Positions 11,847 to 23,321 of a stretch of DNA of 64,000 bases are shown here, piece by piece. The DNA lies in the NCBI GenBank assembly GCA_043228905.1, contig JBHGNT010000006.1, forward strand, positions 4,216,001 to 4,280,000, given 5' to 3'. A program made the position numbers and the translations under genes. The first letter of the stretch is position 1. The number at the start of each line of letters is the position of its first letter. The stretch comes from Azolla caroliniana (Eukaryota > Plantae > Polypodiophyta). The notes below the pieces were generated by a model, which was not told where the DNA came from, did no database searches, and saw nothing but the letters and a program-made list of their open reading frames with translations.

Positions 11847-14800
11847 TGTTGAAGATGAAGGTCGTCTTTGCGGAAGATCAAGAAGCATTCGTTTTTTTTT
11901 CTTCTGTTTCTGCGTATGACTGTTTGTAGGTCGTTGCACAGAGAGAGAGAGAGAGAGAGGGGCACAAAAGAGTCTTTATTTCATAAAGAGGGATACAACA
12001 AGCCAACCTCACAAAGAGGTTACAAGGTCACTATATATAGGGACCGACTTAGGGCAACTGCCCTTTATGCTAATTACATAAATGGCCAAAACGGGATAGT
12101 GTGAATACGTCCATTATACACATGTATTCGACACTCCCCCGTAATGGGCGTATACATGGGTTATCTAAGATTACAGGTATAGACTTAGGTTCTCGGACAT
12201 ATCAGCTTTGTTCAAGTCGGCAGGGTCCGAAGGCAGAAGACTGAACTGGTCGGGTCGGAACAGTTGAAGCCGATCATTAGGGAACTGATGTCGGTTGTCG
12301 AGAACTATCCTGCTCTGTGTCCGGCTCTAACCGGACTGGTTTGTCGTTACGCCCATCTGATGCCGAAGAGACCGAAAGCGGTCTGCCGAAAGACACTTGG
12401 TCATTCCATCTGCGACATTGTCGGTTGTGGATATTTTCTCTAGACCGATTTTCCCTGAAATGACGCAGTCCCGAACGAAGTGATATCGAACGTCGATATG
12501 CTTGGAGGCGTTGTGGTGAACCGGATTTTTCGACAGGGCAACAGCACCTTGACTGTCGCTGTAGACAATTGGAGCCGAGTCATGGTTGACTTGTCGAAAC
12601 GTGTGCGCCAGCCGACCGAGCCACAAAGCTTCTTTTGCTGCGTCGGACGCAGCTACATATTCTGCTTCGGTCGTTGAGGTCGCTGTGCACTCCTGAAGTT
12701 TCGACTTCCACGAGATTGCTCCATTGCCGAACTTGAAGCAGTATCCGGTTGTTGATTTCCGACTGTCTATACAGCCGGCGAAGTCCGAGTCGGTGTAACC
12801 GACTACGCCTGAGGTTCGGTTCGGACCGAAAAGAATGCCGTGGTCTTTTGTGCCAGCCAGATATCTGAACACATGCTTGACTGCGTTCCAATGCGATCGG
12901 CCAGGGTTGTGCATAAATCTGCTAACAACTCCTACGGCATGAGAAATATCAGGCCGTGTCGCGACCATCAGGTACATAAGGGAGCCGACTGCCGGTGCAT
13001 ACGGTACCGACTTCATATCTTCCCCCTCCGGGCCGGATGTCGGGCAGTCTCGCTGAGAGAGCCGAAGATTCATGGGGAGCGGGGTTGAAGCAGATTTGGC
13101 TGATTGCATGTTGAAGCGTCCTAAGACACGTCCGATATAGTCGGTCTGAGACAAAAAGAGATGTCGTTTATCGCGATGCCGACTGATCTTCATGCCGAGT
13201 ATGTGTCGTGCCGGACCGAGGTCCTTCATTGCAAACTTCAACCGCAGTTGCCGAACGAGATCGGCAAGTTCGCCCGCGTGGCGACCAGAAAGTAGCATGT
13301 CGTCCACGTAGATGATGAGGAAGATGGGTGAACCATCTTGAGCTGTGTTGGTGAAGAGACAATGGTCCTCATCGCTTTTTAAGAAGCCGATCGATTGGAT
13401 GAAGTCGTCGAACTTCTTGTACCATTGTCGCGGTGCCTGTTTGAGGCCGTATAGACTCTTCCTGAGTCGGCAGACTAGATGTTCTTGGCCAGGTGCCACG
13501 AAGCCTTTTGGCTGCTCCATGTAAATTTCTTCCTTGAGATCACCATGGAGGAATGCTGTTTTGACATCTAGCTGAATCAGCTCCAAGTTGTCGGCTGCCA
13601 CTACGCCGAGCAGAAAACGAAGGGTTGTCATTTTCACCACTGGTGAAAAAATCTCGTCGAAGTCGACGCCATATTCTTGTCGGAAGCCCTTCGCAACTAA
13701 TCTGGCCTTGTACTTTGGGGTGGTCGAATCAGACGTCTCTTTTAGTCGATAAACCCACTTGCAAGGAAGAGCACGTCGGTTCCTGGGTAAGTCGACCAGA
13801 TCCCAAGTCTTGTTTGCCCGGATGGAGTGCATTTCCGACTCCATCGCCAGATGCCAGGTGGCGGAATCGACAGATGTCGATGCTTCTTCGTAAGACGTCG
13901 GTTCGCCGGCGTCGGTGAAGAAAATTCCAGGAGAGTACCTCTCCGGAGGTTGCGACAGTCTCTCGGATCGTCGAGGTATGATTGTACCGGTCGCATCGGG
14001 TATCGAGGTCGGATAGTCCGAAAGCGGATTGTTCTGCTGTGCCGAGTCGGAGTTGTCCGAGTCGGTGGTGTAAGGTTCAGCTACCCGTGAAGCTGACCGT
14101 GTGTTGAGAGCAGGGCCTTCTTGAAGGGTCGGCACATCGGAAAATGTTACCCTTCGGACTTCGATCGATTTTTCGACTGATGGGTTCATAGCCGACTCGT
14201 TGAACACAACGTCCGAACTTCGAACGATTTGTCTGCGTTCGGGGTCCCAGAGTCGGTATCCCATTTCGCCGTCTGATCCATATCCAAGGAAAATGCATTT
14301 CCTGGACCGAGGTGCAAGTTTTCGGCGATCATCTTTCGGAATGAGGGCGTACGCCTCGCATCCGAAGATCCTCAGCTTGTCGTAATTCGGCTTGCTGCCG
14401 ATCCATAGTTCCTGAGGAATTTGAAGTCCTAGAGGTCTACTTGGCGACATGTTGATTATGTGTACTGCCGTGAGTAGAGCCTCTGCCCAGAAGCCATCCG
14501 ACAGTCCGGAGTGTTGGAGCATGGAAACGATCCGTTCTTGGATTGTCCGATTCATTCGCTCTGCGATCCCGTTTTGCTCCGGACTGTGTGGTGCCGTAAG
14601 TTCGCGTCGGATGCCGCGTTGTCGGCAGAATTTGACGAACTCTTCTGATTTAAACTCTCCCCCATTGTCGGTCCGAAGGCATTTCAACTTTCGGTCGGTT
14701 TGATTTTCTACCATAGCGAGCCAATCGGAGAAGATCGAGAAGACACGATCTTTGGTGCGAATTGGATAAGCCCACACCTTTCGAGTCGAATCGTCAATAA

Positions 14801-17310
14801 AAGTGACGAAGTAAGATGCACCGCCTAGAGACTGATGCGGCATTGGGCCACAGACGTCCGAATGGACTAAATCGAGAGGTCTCGTTTCTCTTGGTGCTGA
14901 TGTCGGGTGTGATGTGGCTGCTTGTTTGCCATACTGACAATGCTCGCAGAATTGATGGTCCGAGAAGGAGAGTTTGGGGATGTATCCGGCTCTAGATAGG
15001 TGCGTGATGCCGGCCTTGCTGAGGTGTCCTAATCGTCGGTGCCATAGTGATGACACAGGAATATCCACCAAAAACAGGTTACCCTCTCTGAGCGTAACAT
15101 GTAACGGATACAGGGAGTGTATCTTGGGTCCTCTAGCAAGCAGGAGGTTCCCCCTGTGGAGTGTCCACCCTCCCGAAGAAAAACCGGCACGAATGCCGTC
15201 TTCATCTAGTTGTCCGACTGAGATCAATGGCCTTGAGAGCTCGGGTACATGTCGGACATTGTGGAGTACAAGTGTAGAGCCACCGGCAAGGTTGAGCTCT
15301 ACTGTGCCGATTCCGATGATGTCACAGTGTTGCGAGTTGCCGACTCGAACTGAGTCGGAGTGACGGATCGTATATTGCCGAAATTGGGACCGATGAGGAG
15401 TCACATGAAATGACGCGCCCGAATCCAAGAGCCATGTGCTCGATTCTTCAGTCGTGAGTAGAACTTCTGAGCCGACTGGATTTTCGATTGATAGTATGTT
15501 CGGGTCGTCCGGTAGCACATCAGCTGAGAAGCTGACGTAATTGATCTCCTCATGCCGGCCACTCTTCTTGTTGTTCTTGTTCTTGAGTGCGCGGCAGTCG
15601 GCTTTGATGTGTCCGGGTTTCTTGCAATAGTTGCAGATTCGGTTGTCCCATGACTGGCTCCGTCTTCGCTGATTGTTCGGCGGTCGTGAGGAATCTCTTC
15701 CTCGTATGTTCGATCGGTCTGTCGAACCTTGTACTACGTAAGCGTCGTCTGTTGAGTCTTTGGCGAAAGACTTTCTCCGAGCTGCTTCGGTCAGGATTGC
15801 GCTCGTGACTTCAGAGTATTTAACAGCCGTGGTTGACGCGTTGCACACGGTTGTGACGAAAGTTTCCCATGATGAGGGAAGGCTGCTCATGAGTATCATT
15901 GCTCTGAGTTCATCCTCGATTGCCGTCCCCTGTGACGAGATTTGGGAGCTTATGCTTTCGTACTCATTGAGGTGTGCTTGAACCGAGTCGGATTCTTTCA
16001 TCCGCAAGTTGTAGAGGCGCCGGATCAGAAACATCTTCGTTGCGGCGACCTTCTTTTCGTAAGTGTCCGACAGTGTTTTCCACAGTTCGAATGCTGTCGT
16101 ACACGATTGCACCGTAAAGTATACCGATTCCGATAGGTGCATCCGAATCGTGGCGCGGACGATTCTGTCCAGCTTCTGCCACTCAATTGGTTTGTATCCT
16201 TCTGGAGGTTCTTCATTTTCGATGGGATCGATTTGCCCCTTGACTATGAGATAGTCTTGCATTTGTTCCTTCCAGAAGTTGAAGTTCGATCCATCGAACT
16301 TGCGTAGACTCATTTCTGACGAGCCGGATGTTGATGCCATCAAATTCGGTTTCGGTTGACTAAGCTCGGTTCGAAGTTGACTACGAACCTTGTTGGAGTG
16401 CAGCCGGTTGGCTCACCCGATATCGTTCTAGTCGGATTTGAACTCGAGTCGGTTCGGCTTCTTGTTGAACTTGCTCGAATTGACTCCGATAGCTGGAGGG
16501 ACAGAACCGACTGGTCTTCCCGAATGTTACCGAGTCGGAGTGAGTCCGGTTCGCTTCGGATATATATGCCGAATACCGATTATTAAAACCGATTATCTGG
16601 ACCGATTCTGCTTCGGGTGGCTGCAGCGACGAGAGGGATGGATCCAACTGATCCTTTCGAATGTCGATCAGCCAGAAGAAGCACGAATTTGGGGTTGTTG
16701 TCCTAAGACCGATCTGCACCGAGTGGTTACAACGAGCGGCGATTGATGACCTCTTCGGATGCCGTTTAACCGAGTGGAGTACGATCGTGTCAAAGTTTCA
16801 CAAGGGGAATTTCACCTCAAGCGGTTACGATCTCGGAGGACAGAGTACAACCTGTTGGCTTACTCCAAGCAAGAATGATCTAACGCGATGAGATGCAAAC
16901 CTGGTTTTTCTTCTTCTTCTCTCTTTCTTCGAATGACGCGAATACTGTGCAGGCCGTAATGAAGTGAAGAACCGAATGCTGTGCAGTCGGTGATGACGGC
17001 CGAACTTAGCTCTGATACCAGATGTTGAAGATGAAGGTCGTCTTTGCGGAAGATCAAGAAGCATTCGTTTTTTTTTTCTTCTGTTTCTGCGTATGACTGT
17101 TTGTAGGTCGTTGCACAGAGAGAGAGAGAGAGAGAGGGGCACAAAAGAGTCTTTATTTCATAAAGAGGGATACAACAAGCCAACCTCACAAAGAGGTTAC
17201 AAGGTCACTATATATAGGGACCGACTTAGGGCAACTGCCCTTTATGCTAATTACATAAATGGCCAAAACGGGATAGTGTGAATACGTCCATTATACACAT
17301 GTATTCGACA
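11847..17310 (-). mobile_element. Intact, very young Ty1/Copia inserted in element B
   Basis: LTRs 17023-17310 and 11847-12133 differ only by one T in a homopolymer. TSD GGTCC. PBS TGGTATCAGAGC at 17009-17020. PPT adjacent to 12134. Confidence 0.98.
12327..16343 (-). CDS. Copia Gag-Pol polyprotein, 1338 aa, uninterrupted
   Basis: CNYCKKPGHIKADC, WLLDSGAS, WHRRLGH, VHSDVCGP, RTDNGGEF, YVDD, YTDSDFAG and SKHIDVRYHF in Copia domain order. Confidence 0.98.
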   Translation of the reverse strand: MMASTSGSSEMSLRKFDGSNFNFWKEQMQDYLIVKGQIDPIENEEPPEGYKPIEWQKLDRIVRATIRMHLSESVYFTVQSCTTAFELWKTLSDTYEKKVAATKMFLIRRLYNLRMKESDSVQAHLNEYESISSQISSQGTAIEDELRAMILMSSLPSSWETFVTTVCNASTTAVKYSEVTSAILTEAARRKSFAKDSTDDAYVVQGSTDRSNIRGRDSSRPPNNQRRRSQSWDNRICNYCKKPGHIKADCRALKNKNNKKSGRHEEINYVSFSADVLPDDPNILSIENPVGSEVLLTTEESSTWLLDSGASFHVTPHRSQFRQYTIRHSDSVRVGNSQHCDIIGIGTVELNLAGGSTLVLHNVRHVPELSRPLISVGQLDEDGIRAGFSSGGWTLHRGNLLLARGPKIHSLYPLHVTLREGNLFLVDIPVSSLWHRRLGHLSKAGITHLSRAGYIPKLSFSDHQFCEHCQYGKQAATSHPTSAPRETRPLDLVHSDVCGPMPHQSLGGASYFVTFIDDSTRKVWAYPIRTKDRVFSIFSDWLAMVENQTDRKLKCLRTDNGGEFKSEEFVKFCRQRGIRRELTAPHSPEQNGIAERMNRTIQERIVSMLQHSGLSDGFWAEALLTAVHIINMSPSRPLGLQIPQELWIGSKPNYDKLRIFGCEAYALIPKDDRRKLAPRSRKCIFLGYGSDGEMGYRLWDPERRQIVRSSDVVFNESAMNPSVEKSIEVRRVTFSDVPTLQEGPALNTRSASRVAEPYTTDSDNSDSAQQNNPLSDYPTSIPDATGTIIPRRSERLSQPPERYSPGIFFTDAGEPTSYEEASTSVDSATWHLAMESEMHSIRANKTWDLVDLPRNRRALPCKWVYRLKETSDSTTPKYKARLVAKGFRQEYGVDFDEIFSPVVKMTTLRFLLGVVAADNLELIQLDVKTAFLHGDLKEEIYMEQPKGFVAPGQEHLVCRLRKSLYGLKQAPRQWYKKFDDFIQSIGFLKSDEDHCLFTNTAQDGSPIFLIIYVDDMLLSGRHAGELADLVRQLRLKFAMKDLGPARHILGMKISRHRDKRHLFLSQTDYIGRVLGRFNMQSAKSASTPLPMNLRLSQRDCPTSGPEGEDMKSVPYAPAVGSLMYLMVATRPDISHAVGVVSRFMHNPGRSHWNAVKHVFRYLAGTKDHGILFGPNRTSGVVGYTDSDFAGCIDSRKSTTGYCFKFGNGAISWKSKLQECTATSTTEAEYVAASDAAKEALWLGRLAHTFRQVNHDSAPIVYSDSQGAVALSKNPVHHNASKHIDVRYHFVRDCVISGKIGLEKISTTDNVADGMTKCLSADRFRSLRHQMGVTTNQSG

Positions 17311-17523
17311 GGTCCCATAGGACCGGACTCCGTTTCTATGCTTGCTGAAATTCGGGTGTCTTTTGTTTGAGTCCCTCCCGGACTCTCCTCGTGTCTTCCG
17401 CGTCGTCGGGTCCTGTTTCCCGCCGCCACCAACCTTCTCTCTCGGTCTCATGTTGCCACGTTGGCCGAACTGCCGAAGTCTCTGGTTAAGTGTGGGGATC
17501 CCGTAGGACCGGACTTCCTTGCG

Positions 17524-17877
17524 CCCCTTTGCCTTCGTCACCTCGCCGCCACCGTCAGTATCTTGGTCTTAAGTCGACCGCGTTGCCGACTGCCGAAGTC
17601 TCTAGAACCGGTGTGAAGGATCCTCCGTAGACCGCCCATCCGCAGCTCCTTTGCCTTCGTCACCTCGCCGCCACCGTCAGTATCTTGGTCTTATGTCGAC
17701 CGCGTTGCCGACTGCCGAAGTCTCTAGAACCGGTGTGAAGGATCCTCTGTAGACCGCCCATCCGTAGCCCCTTTGCCTTCGTCACCTCGCCGCCACCGTC
17801 AGTATCTTGGTCTTACGTCGACCGTGTTGCCGACTGCCGAAGTCTCTAGAACCGGTGTGAAGGATCCTCCGTAGACC
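17524..17877. repeat. Three-copy 122-bp tandem repeat inside element B
   Basis: GCCTTCGTCACCTCGCCGCCACCGTCAGTATCTTGG at 17531, 17653 and 17775. More degenerate related units at ~11747-11846 and ~17401-17500. Confidence 0.93.
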
Positions 17878-19712
17878 TCCGATTTGTCTTCCCGACCCTG
17901 TCCCGGGTCGTCCTTTTCCGCATGCCGAGAGGGCGGTTTACTCCGCACCCTCTCCTGCGATACCGACGTACCGTGTCCTCGGCCTCTTCGTAGGCCTGCT
18001 CTCTTCCTCCCTCCCGGAATGGTCATCCGGGAGTCCGCTCCGCCCGGTTCTCGCTCGGGTCCGCTTGTCATTCTCCGGATTGCCGAGTCCCGTTCTCCTG
18101 TCGCCACCGATCTCTCTTATAGGACTCACGCCGGCACTCGGGCCGACCACCGGATCGGTGTGAGGATCTTCGTAGGACCGGCTTTCATTCTCCTCCCAAC
18201 TCTCGACCTTCGCCCGGTCGGTCTTTCTCCCCATGTAAAAGAGGGCGGCTCGTCCCGCACCCTTTTCCGTTTCGGCACTTTCATGTCGAATCCGGCCCCA
18301 ATCGAATGATCCACGACAGGATTCTGCTCCATACGAATCAGAATGCCGATCTTCTCGTGCCGCTTCCGTCCTCGGCCTCCTCGCAGGCCGTTTCCCATCC
18401 ATCTTCGCTGGCATCGTGCCAGGACTCCTTGGTACCGCCATCCATCTCCTCAGTCTTACATGGGCATACGGGCTCGAATGCCGAGTTCTCCGGAATCGGG
18501 TCCGTGGACTTTTGTCCGCTCCTTCCCCGTATCGTCTCGCCGGTGATTCTTGGCCTTTCGCAGCCGCCTTCCTCTGCTTGGGACTCACGTGGGCACTCGG
18601 GCCCGACTGCCATCGTCTCGGAAGAAAGTGTGGGAAGACACAAAGAATCGCCCGTCCGTTTTACGCCCTTGTCCGTAGCCACCGACTCTTCGTGGTCGGC
18701 GGTTGTCTTCTTACCGATCGCGCAAGCCCCATCTCGGCTCGCTTCTCCAATGACCGGGGTCTCGGGCTGACACGCCCGACTCTGCTGGCCCCAACTATCC
18801 AGTTCCGCGATCCGTATCTCGGCCTCGTCCTTGGCCGTTCTATCTCCGCAAGTCGAGAGGGCGTTTCGTTCCGCACCCTCTCCCGTGGTACCGTTGTACC
18901 GATCTTCCGCCGTCGCATGGGGCAAACTCGTCTCCTTAGTCTCGGCTTGCGGCCTCTGTCTTTCCTCTTCCTCGAGCATCGCCTCGAGAGCTGCGTACGC
19001 CTCCGCAATCCTGGCCCCGACGCCGACCCTTGCCGACTCTCTTTGCCGTTCGGCCTCTTCCCGCTGTGATGGCACGCCGTCGCGTACCTTCCTCTTAGCC
19101 TTCTCGGTACGCTCGTTGTCTAGCCGTTGGCACACCCTTCCGACCTTCAACCAGTCCTCTGTAAGCCCATTCGCTCCGTCATCGTCTTCAAGCTCAATCC
19201 CGATGGCTTCCCGTTCCACTCGGTCAATCGACCTGACGAACAAAAGGACTTTGTCCGACCCCACCAAACCTTGTTCCCGCTCCGGGAGCCGAGCAAGCCG
19301 TCGCTCGAACTCTCGGAACGCCTTGGTCGCGCCCCGGTGGGTCTTTGCCGATGCTACCCACTGGTCGAAGTCGTGTCGTCCGGCTCTTCCGCCGTCCTCC
19401 GTATGCCTTCAGGAGCGCCTCTTCGAAGGCCTCCCACGAACTATGAGCCTCACGGAGCTCCTTTATTTCCGCATGCATCCGGACAGCCACGACCCGACAG
19501 AAGAACTCCAGCCTTAACGCCTCGTCTACGCCACGCTCCTCCATTTCCGCGTTGTAGGCTTCCAAGTAAGATGGGACTTTGTCCCCGTTGAAACGGCCGA
19601 CTCTTTTGACCACTCGCTCAACCGCTTGTTGCGCTGCTTCTCGCCTCAACACCACTTCGGCCACCATCTCCGCAAGGTCGTCGTCTTCCGACTCCATCCT
19701 CCCTTGCCGCCT

Positions 19713-19730
19713 TTCACGTCGGGTTCACCA
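19713..19730 (-). other. tRNA-Trp primer binding site of element B
   Basis: TGGTGAACCCGACGTGAA, complementary to the plant cytosolic tRNA-Trp 3' end (..TTCACGTCGGGTTCACCA). TATT spacer after the LTR. Confidence 0.85.
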
Positions 19731-21110
19731 AATATGTCGCGTTGTTACGCGCGTGCGTGGAGAAAGGCGGGACCACGGGGGTCTTGGACTAGGGAGTGAC
19801 AGAGCGTAGGAAGTCGTGCTTCACCGTTTCCGGGGCATCCCAGAAGCACACCAGAAGCAACCGAAGGGAGAGAGAGAGAGAGAGAGAGAGCGCACTTAAC
19901 ACCGACTCATGCACACACACTCACATACACACACACATGCTGACCCGCCTTGCGCCCTTATGTACAGGAAACGCAAGAAAGGGGAAGCATCCAACACCAA
20001 CATAGACGCGAATATACACAGACAGACGCAAACGTATATATATATATAAAAGAAGAATACATTCCCGGCTTCAAGCCGGACCAAGATAGCTTACAACAGC
20101 CGTCTGCTATCAAGCCGCCGTCGGGGATCTCTCGGGCCCGTCGCGTCGAACGGGGTCTTGCACAGGAGGCCGAGCCGAAGCAAACCCTAAGTAAATCACG
20201 AAGGGGAAGAAGAAGAAGAAGAAGAAGAAGAAGAAACACTAACCCTAGACTAACGGTATACCCTCTAACGCAAAAAAATGGGCAACCCTTTCACAAAGGG
20301 CGTTCCCTCCCTTTTATAGAACAAGGAGAGGGATGCGTTACCATGTGGGATAAGACCCCGACTTACATGGGATCGTCTGCCCCGACTTGACTACTCTTCG
20401 GCGCCATAAAGGCGCCCTCGTTATTCACACTAAATGTACAAGGGTGAGCACACACGCTGCACCCCGCCGATGTAGCCAATGTTTCCCGGTTTCCGCCTCT
20501 GGCCGAAATTCTTCACGACAACGCATGCGCGCCCTCTAATGTATATAATAAAGGATTAGGTACAAAGGTATATCCTAGGTAGTTAGATTCGGTAGGTAAG
20601 AAGTTAATGAGGGAAACGGCTCCCTTCTTGAAGCTATAAAAGAGAGGGAGGCGCGGGGAGAAAGGGATCGCGCATTGAGGAGGACGAAGTGCTGTCGGAC
20701 CGTAACCAAACGCTTCTCCTCTATTCATTCTCCATCGCTCTTCTCTGTAGGATTTCGGGAGGCTCGCGTTGCTTCGAAGAACGCCCGTGTGCTTCTGGCA
20801 GCACCTCCATCCTATCCCCTTTCGTGCGCAGACGAGCAGGCATCGACATCTGTTCGTCGGCCTGTTCGGTTGTAACCGCTCGCGTGCTTTGTTGTTGTGT
20901 CATTTGTTAATATACAAACATTCGTGTCTCTCTGTCTCTGTGTCCATTCGTGTTTTCTACGTTGACGGGCCGTGTCCTTGTGTTTCTTTGCTCATATGTA
21001 ACCGGTCGTTTCTCTCTTTCTCTTTCCCCTCCTATCACCTGCTCTTCGGTTCAAGACCCCGGTGGTCCCGCCTCGTTTCTCCACGCACGTGCGTAGTAAC
21101 GCGAAATATT

Positions 21111-21128
21111 TGGTGAACCCGACGTGAA
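21111..21128 (+). other. tRNA-Trp primer binding site of element A
   Basis: Identical 18-mer and TATT spacer as in element B. Confidence 0.85.
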
Positions 21129-23256
21129 CAAGGCGGCAGAGGAGCAGAAGATGAGGGGGTCGGATCTTGCAGAGGCCATGGCTTCGGCCGTGGACCGGAT
21201 AGTGAGCGCGCGCGAGGGCACCGGCGCCCTTAACAGGGCTATTGAGGCGATCATCGGTATGATCGGCCGGTTCAGTGGAAAGGATGCCACGAGTTATTTG
21301 GCGTCCTACTGGGCGAAGATGTTGATGAGGGATATTCCGGAAGAGAGGCGTCTTGCCGGATTCCCTCGAGTGGCGATGTCGGGCATCCATGCGGAGGTGC
21401 TCGAGGTCCAAGCGGAGAGCCGGACCTAGGAGGAGTTCGAAGGACGGCTCCTGGAGAAATACGGGCTGGATGACGCGCTTCGACTTTCGAAGTGGGGCTT
21501 CATGGAGTGGGTGGAGTCCCCCGACAAAGGAAGAAATGCGTCGGCACTCCTCCGAGAGTTTGAGGATCGCTTTGTGCACCTTTCGGCGCTCGATCGAACC
21601 GTTCTGGACACAAGTCGTGTCGTACTGTTTGTCAAATCGGTTGACGCACGGGATCGGGAGCAAGTGGGCTCCTTACTGGAAACCGAAGACGGGCTGACGG
21701 CCGACTGGGCCGCGGTAAAAAGAGTCTGCGGCCGTTTTGACAAACGGTGGGAGTGGGCTGATACAGGGGCGGGTCATGTCGCAACAAGGAAGCTCGAACC
21801 GATACCGCAGGCATGACGGGAAGAGACCCGGGAGTGGGTCGAAATCGGTTCGGCTTCGACCGGCGTGGTCAGAGGCTCGCCTGGGGGGACAACTTTGGAG
21901 GAGTTGACACGGGCGGTAAAGGATCTCCAGATCGCCTGGGCTCGGAGGGAAGGTGGCGAATAGGCTCGTGACCGACGGCCTCCGGCAGGAAATAGGTGCA
22001 TGTGGTGCGACGAGGTCGGCCACATTCGGAAAGACTGCGGAGACTTTGCGGAGGCTTTGAGAAGCCGGGTAGTGTACCTGTGGGAAGGTCGGCTGCATGC
22101 CAGCGATACCCGGAGGGCCCTGAACCGAAACGACGGGCGAGGAGGAATGAAAAGGCTGATGAAAGAGGCGGCGGCCCGGCACGCGAAAACCGTCCACTAC
22201 TCGGCGTCGGCCGGTATTCGGGTCGGTGACAGTGAGGCCCGGAAGGAGAGCAAAGCCGGGTTCTGGCCGACGGTGCTGGAAGGCCTCGCCGGTGCCCGAT
22301 TAAAGAAAAACGAGGCGGACCGCGCGGAGAAGCGGGTCCAGGAGGTAACCGGGTGGAGTGACCCGGTCGAAGAAAAGACGGGTTTCGGGTAGGTAAAACC
22401 GAAGCAGCTTGCCAGAACTACGAGGCTCTGGTTGAAGACAAATGGGTAGGTAAAACCGGAGGGGCCGAACCCTCACAGAGATACGAAACCCGATTCAGGC
22501 CGAAACAGAACGAGGCCGGTGAGACTAGTGCTCGGGATAACCACAAGAAGGGTGGATACCGGTTGGGCACAGAGATCGAAAGGACCACGGACCTACGAAA
22601 GGTCCTGGAAGAATGAATCCTCGACAGCAAGGTGGAACTGTCGTTGTGGGAGGTGCTCGGAATCGCCAAGAAGGAGTTCCACGACTCCATCGTAGACTTG
22701 GTGAAGAGGAAGAGGTTGTAAACGGAGACAGAACCGGAAAGGCCGGTGGAGGTGCGGACGACACACATGGAGGACATGGCGCTGGAAGACGAGTGGGCGG
22801 AGAGCCACTACTCGAGGCCACACTGGGCCCGAGCGACCACGGAAACCCCGGTGAAGATTGGAGATGTTCAGGAACCGGTGGTGGCGCTGGTGGACCACGG
22901 TTCGGAAATAAACCTGATGTCCATGGACTTCTACAAGAAGGGGAAATGGCCGATCAACACCAAGCACGGGTAGAAGATATGGGTGGCGATGCGCGCCACC
23001 GAGGAACTACACGGGGCCTGCCCAAACGTGCAAGTCAAGATCGGCGACGTCGAGATAGATCAGCACTTCTTTGTGCAAGAGACGTCCTCGCACCCGGTCA
23101 TACTGGGAGAACCGTACATTACGGCAGCGCAGATGGAGACCAAGGTGCTGGACACGCGAGGGTCAAGAGTCAGGACGGGCGTCATTCGGTCCAGTTTCTG
23201 ACGGTGCGACTGAACCACGAGCGAAACCGAGAGTCCCTCGGTGGCGAGAACCGAGA

Positions 23257-23321
23257 GGATTTTTAGAGAGGGCTGTCAAGGCATGGGGCCGCGACAGTCC
23301 GAACACTTCGGGAAAACCCCA
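23257..23321 (+). promoter_or_regulatory. Putative -1 ribosomal frameshift signal of element A
   Basis: G_GAT_TTT just before the gag-pro stop, 6-nt spacer, stem GGGCTGTC/GACAGTCC, and a loop TGGGG that can pair with CCCCA (23317-23321). The pol-side ORF is in the -1 frame. Confidence 0.65.

Larger units (their letters stand above)
9897..20520 (-). mobile_element. Element B: non-autonomous relative of A (gag-only), inserted in the 5' LTR of A
   Basis: LTRs 19735-20520 (5') and 9897-10673 (3'). 4-bp TSD ACGC. PBS 19713-19730. Gag N-terminus homologous to A (GRFNGDKVPSYLEAY..LLFVRSID). No RT or integrase of its own. PPT region shared with A. Confidence 0.93.

Noticed and set aside
12480-16254. 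Many short antisense or alternate-frame ORFs over the Copia polyprotein
   Set aside because: Shadow ORFs in GC-rich coding DNA with no motifs.
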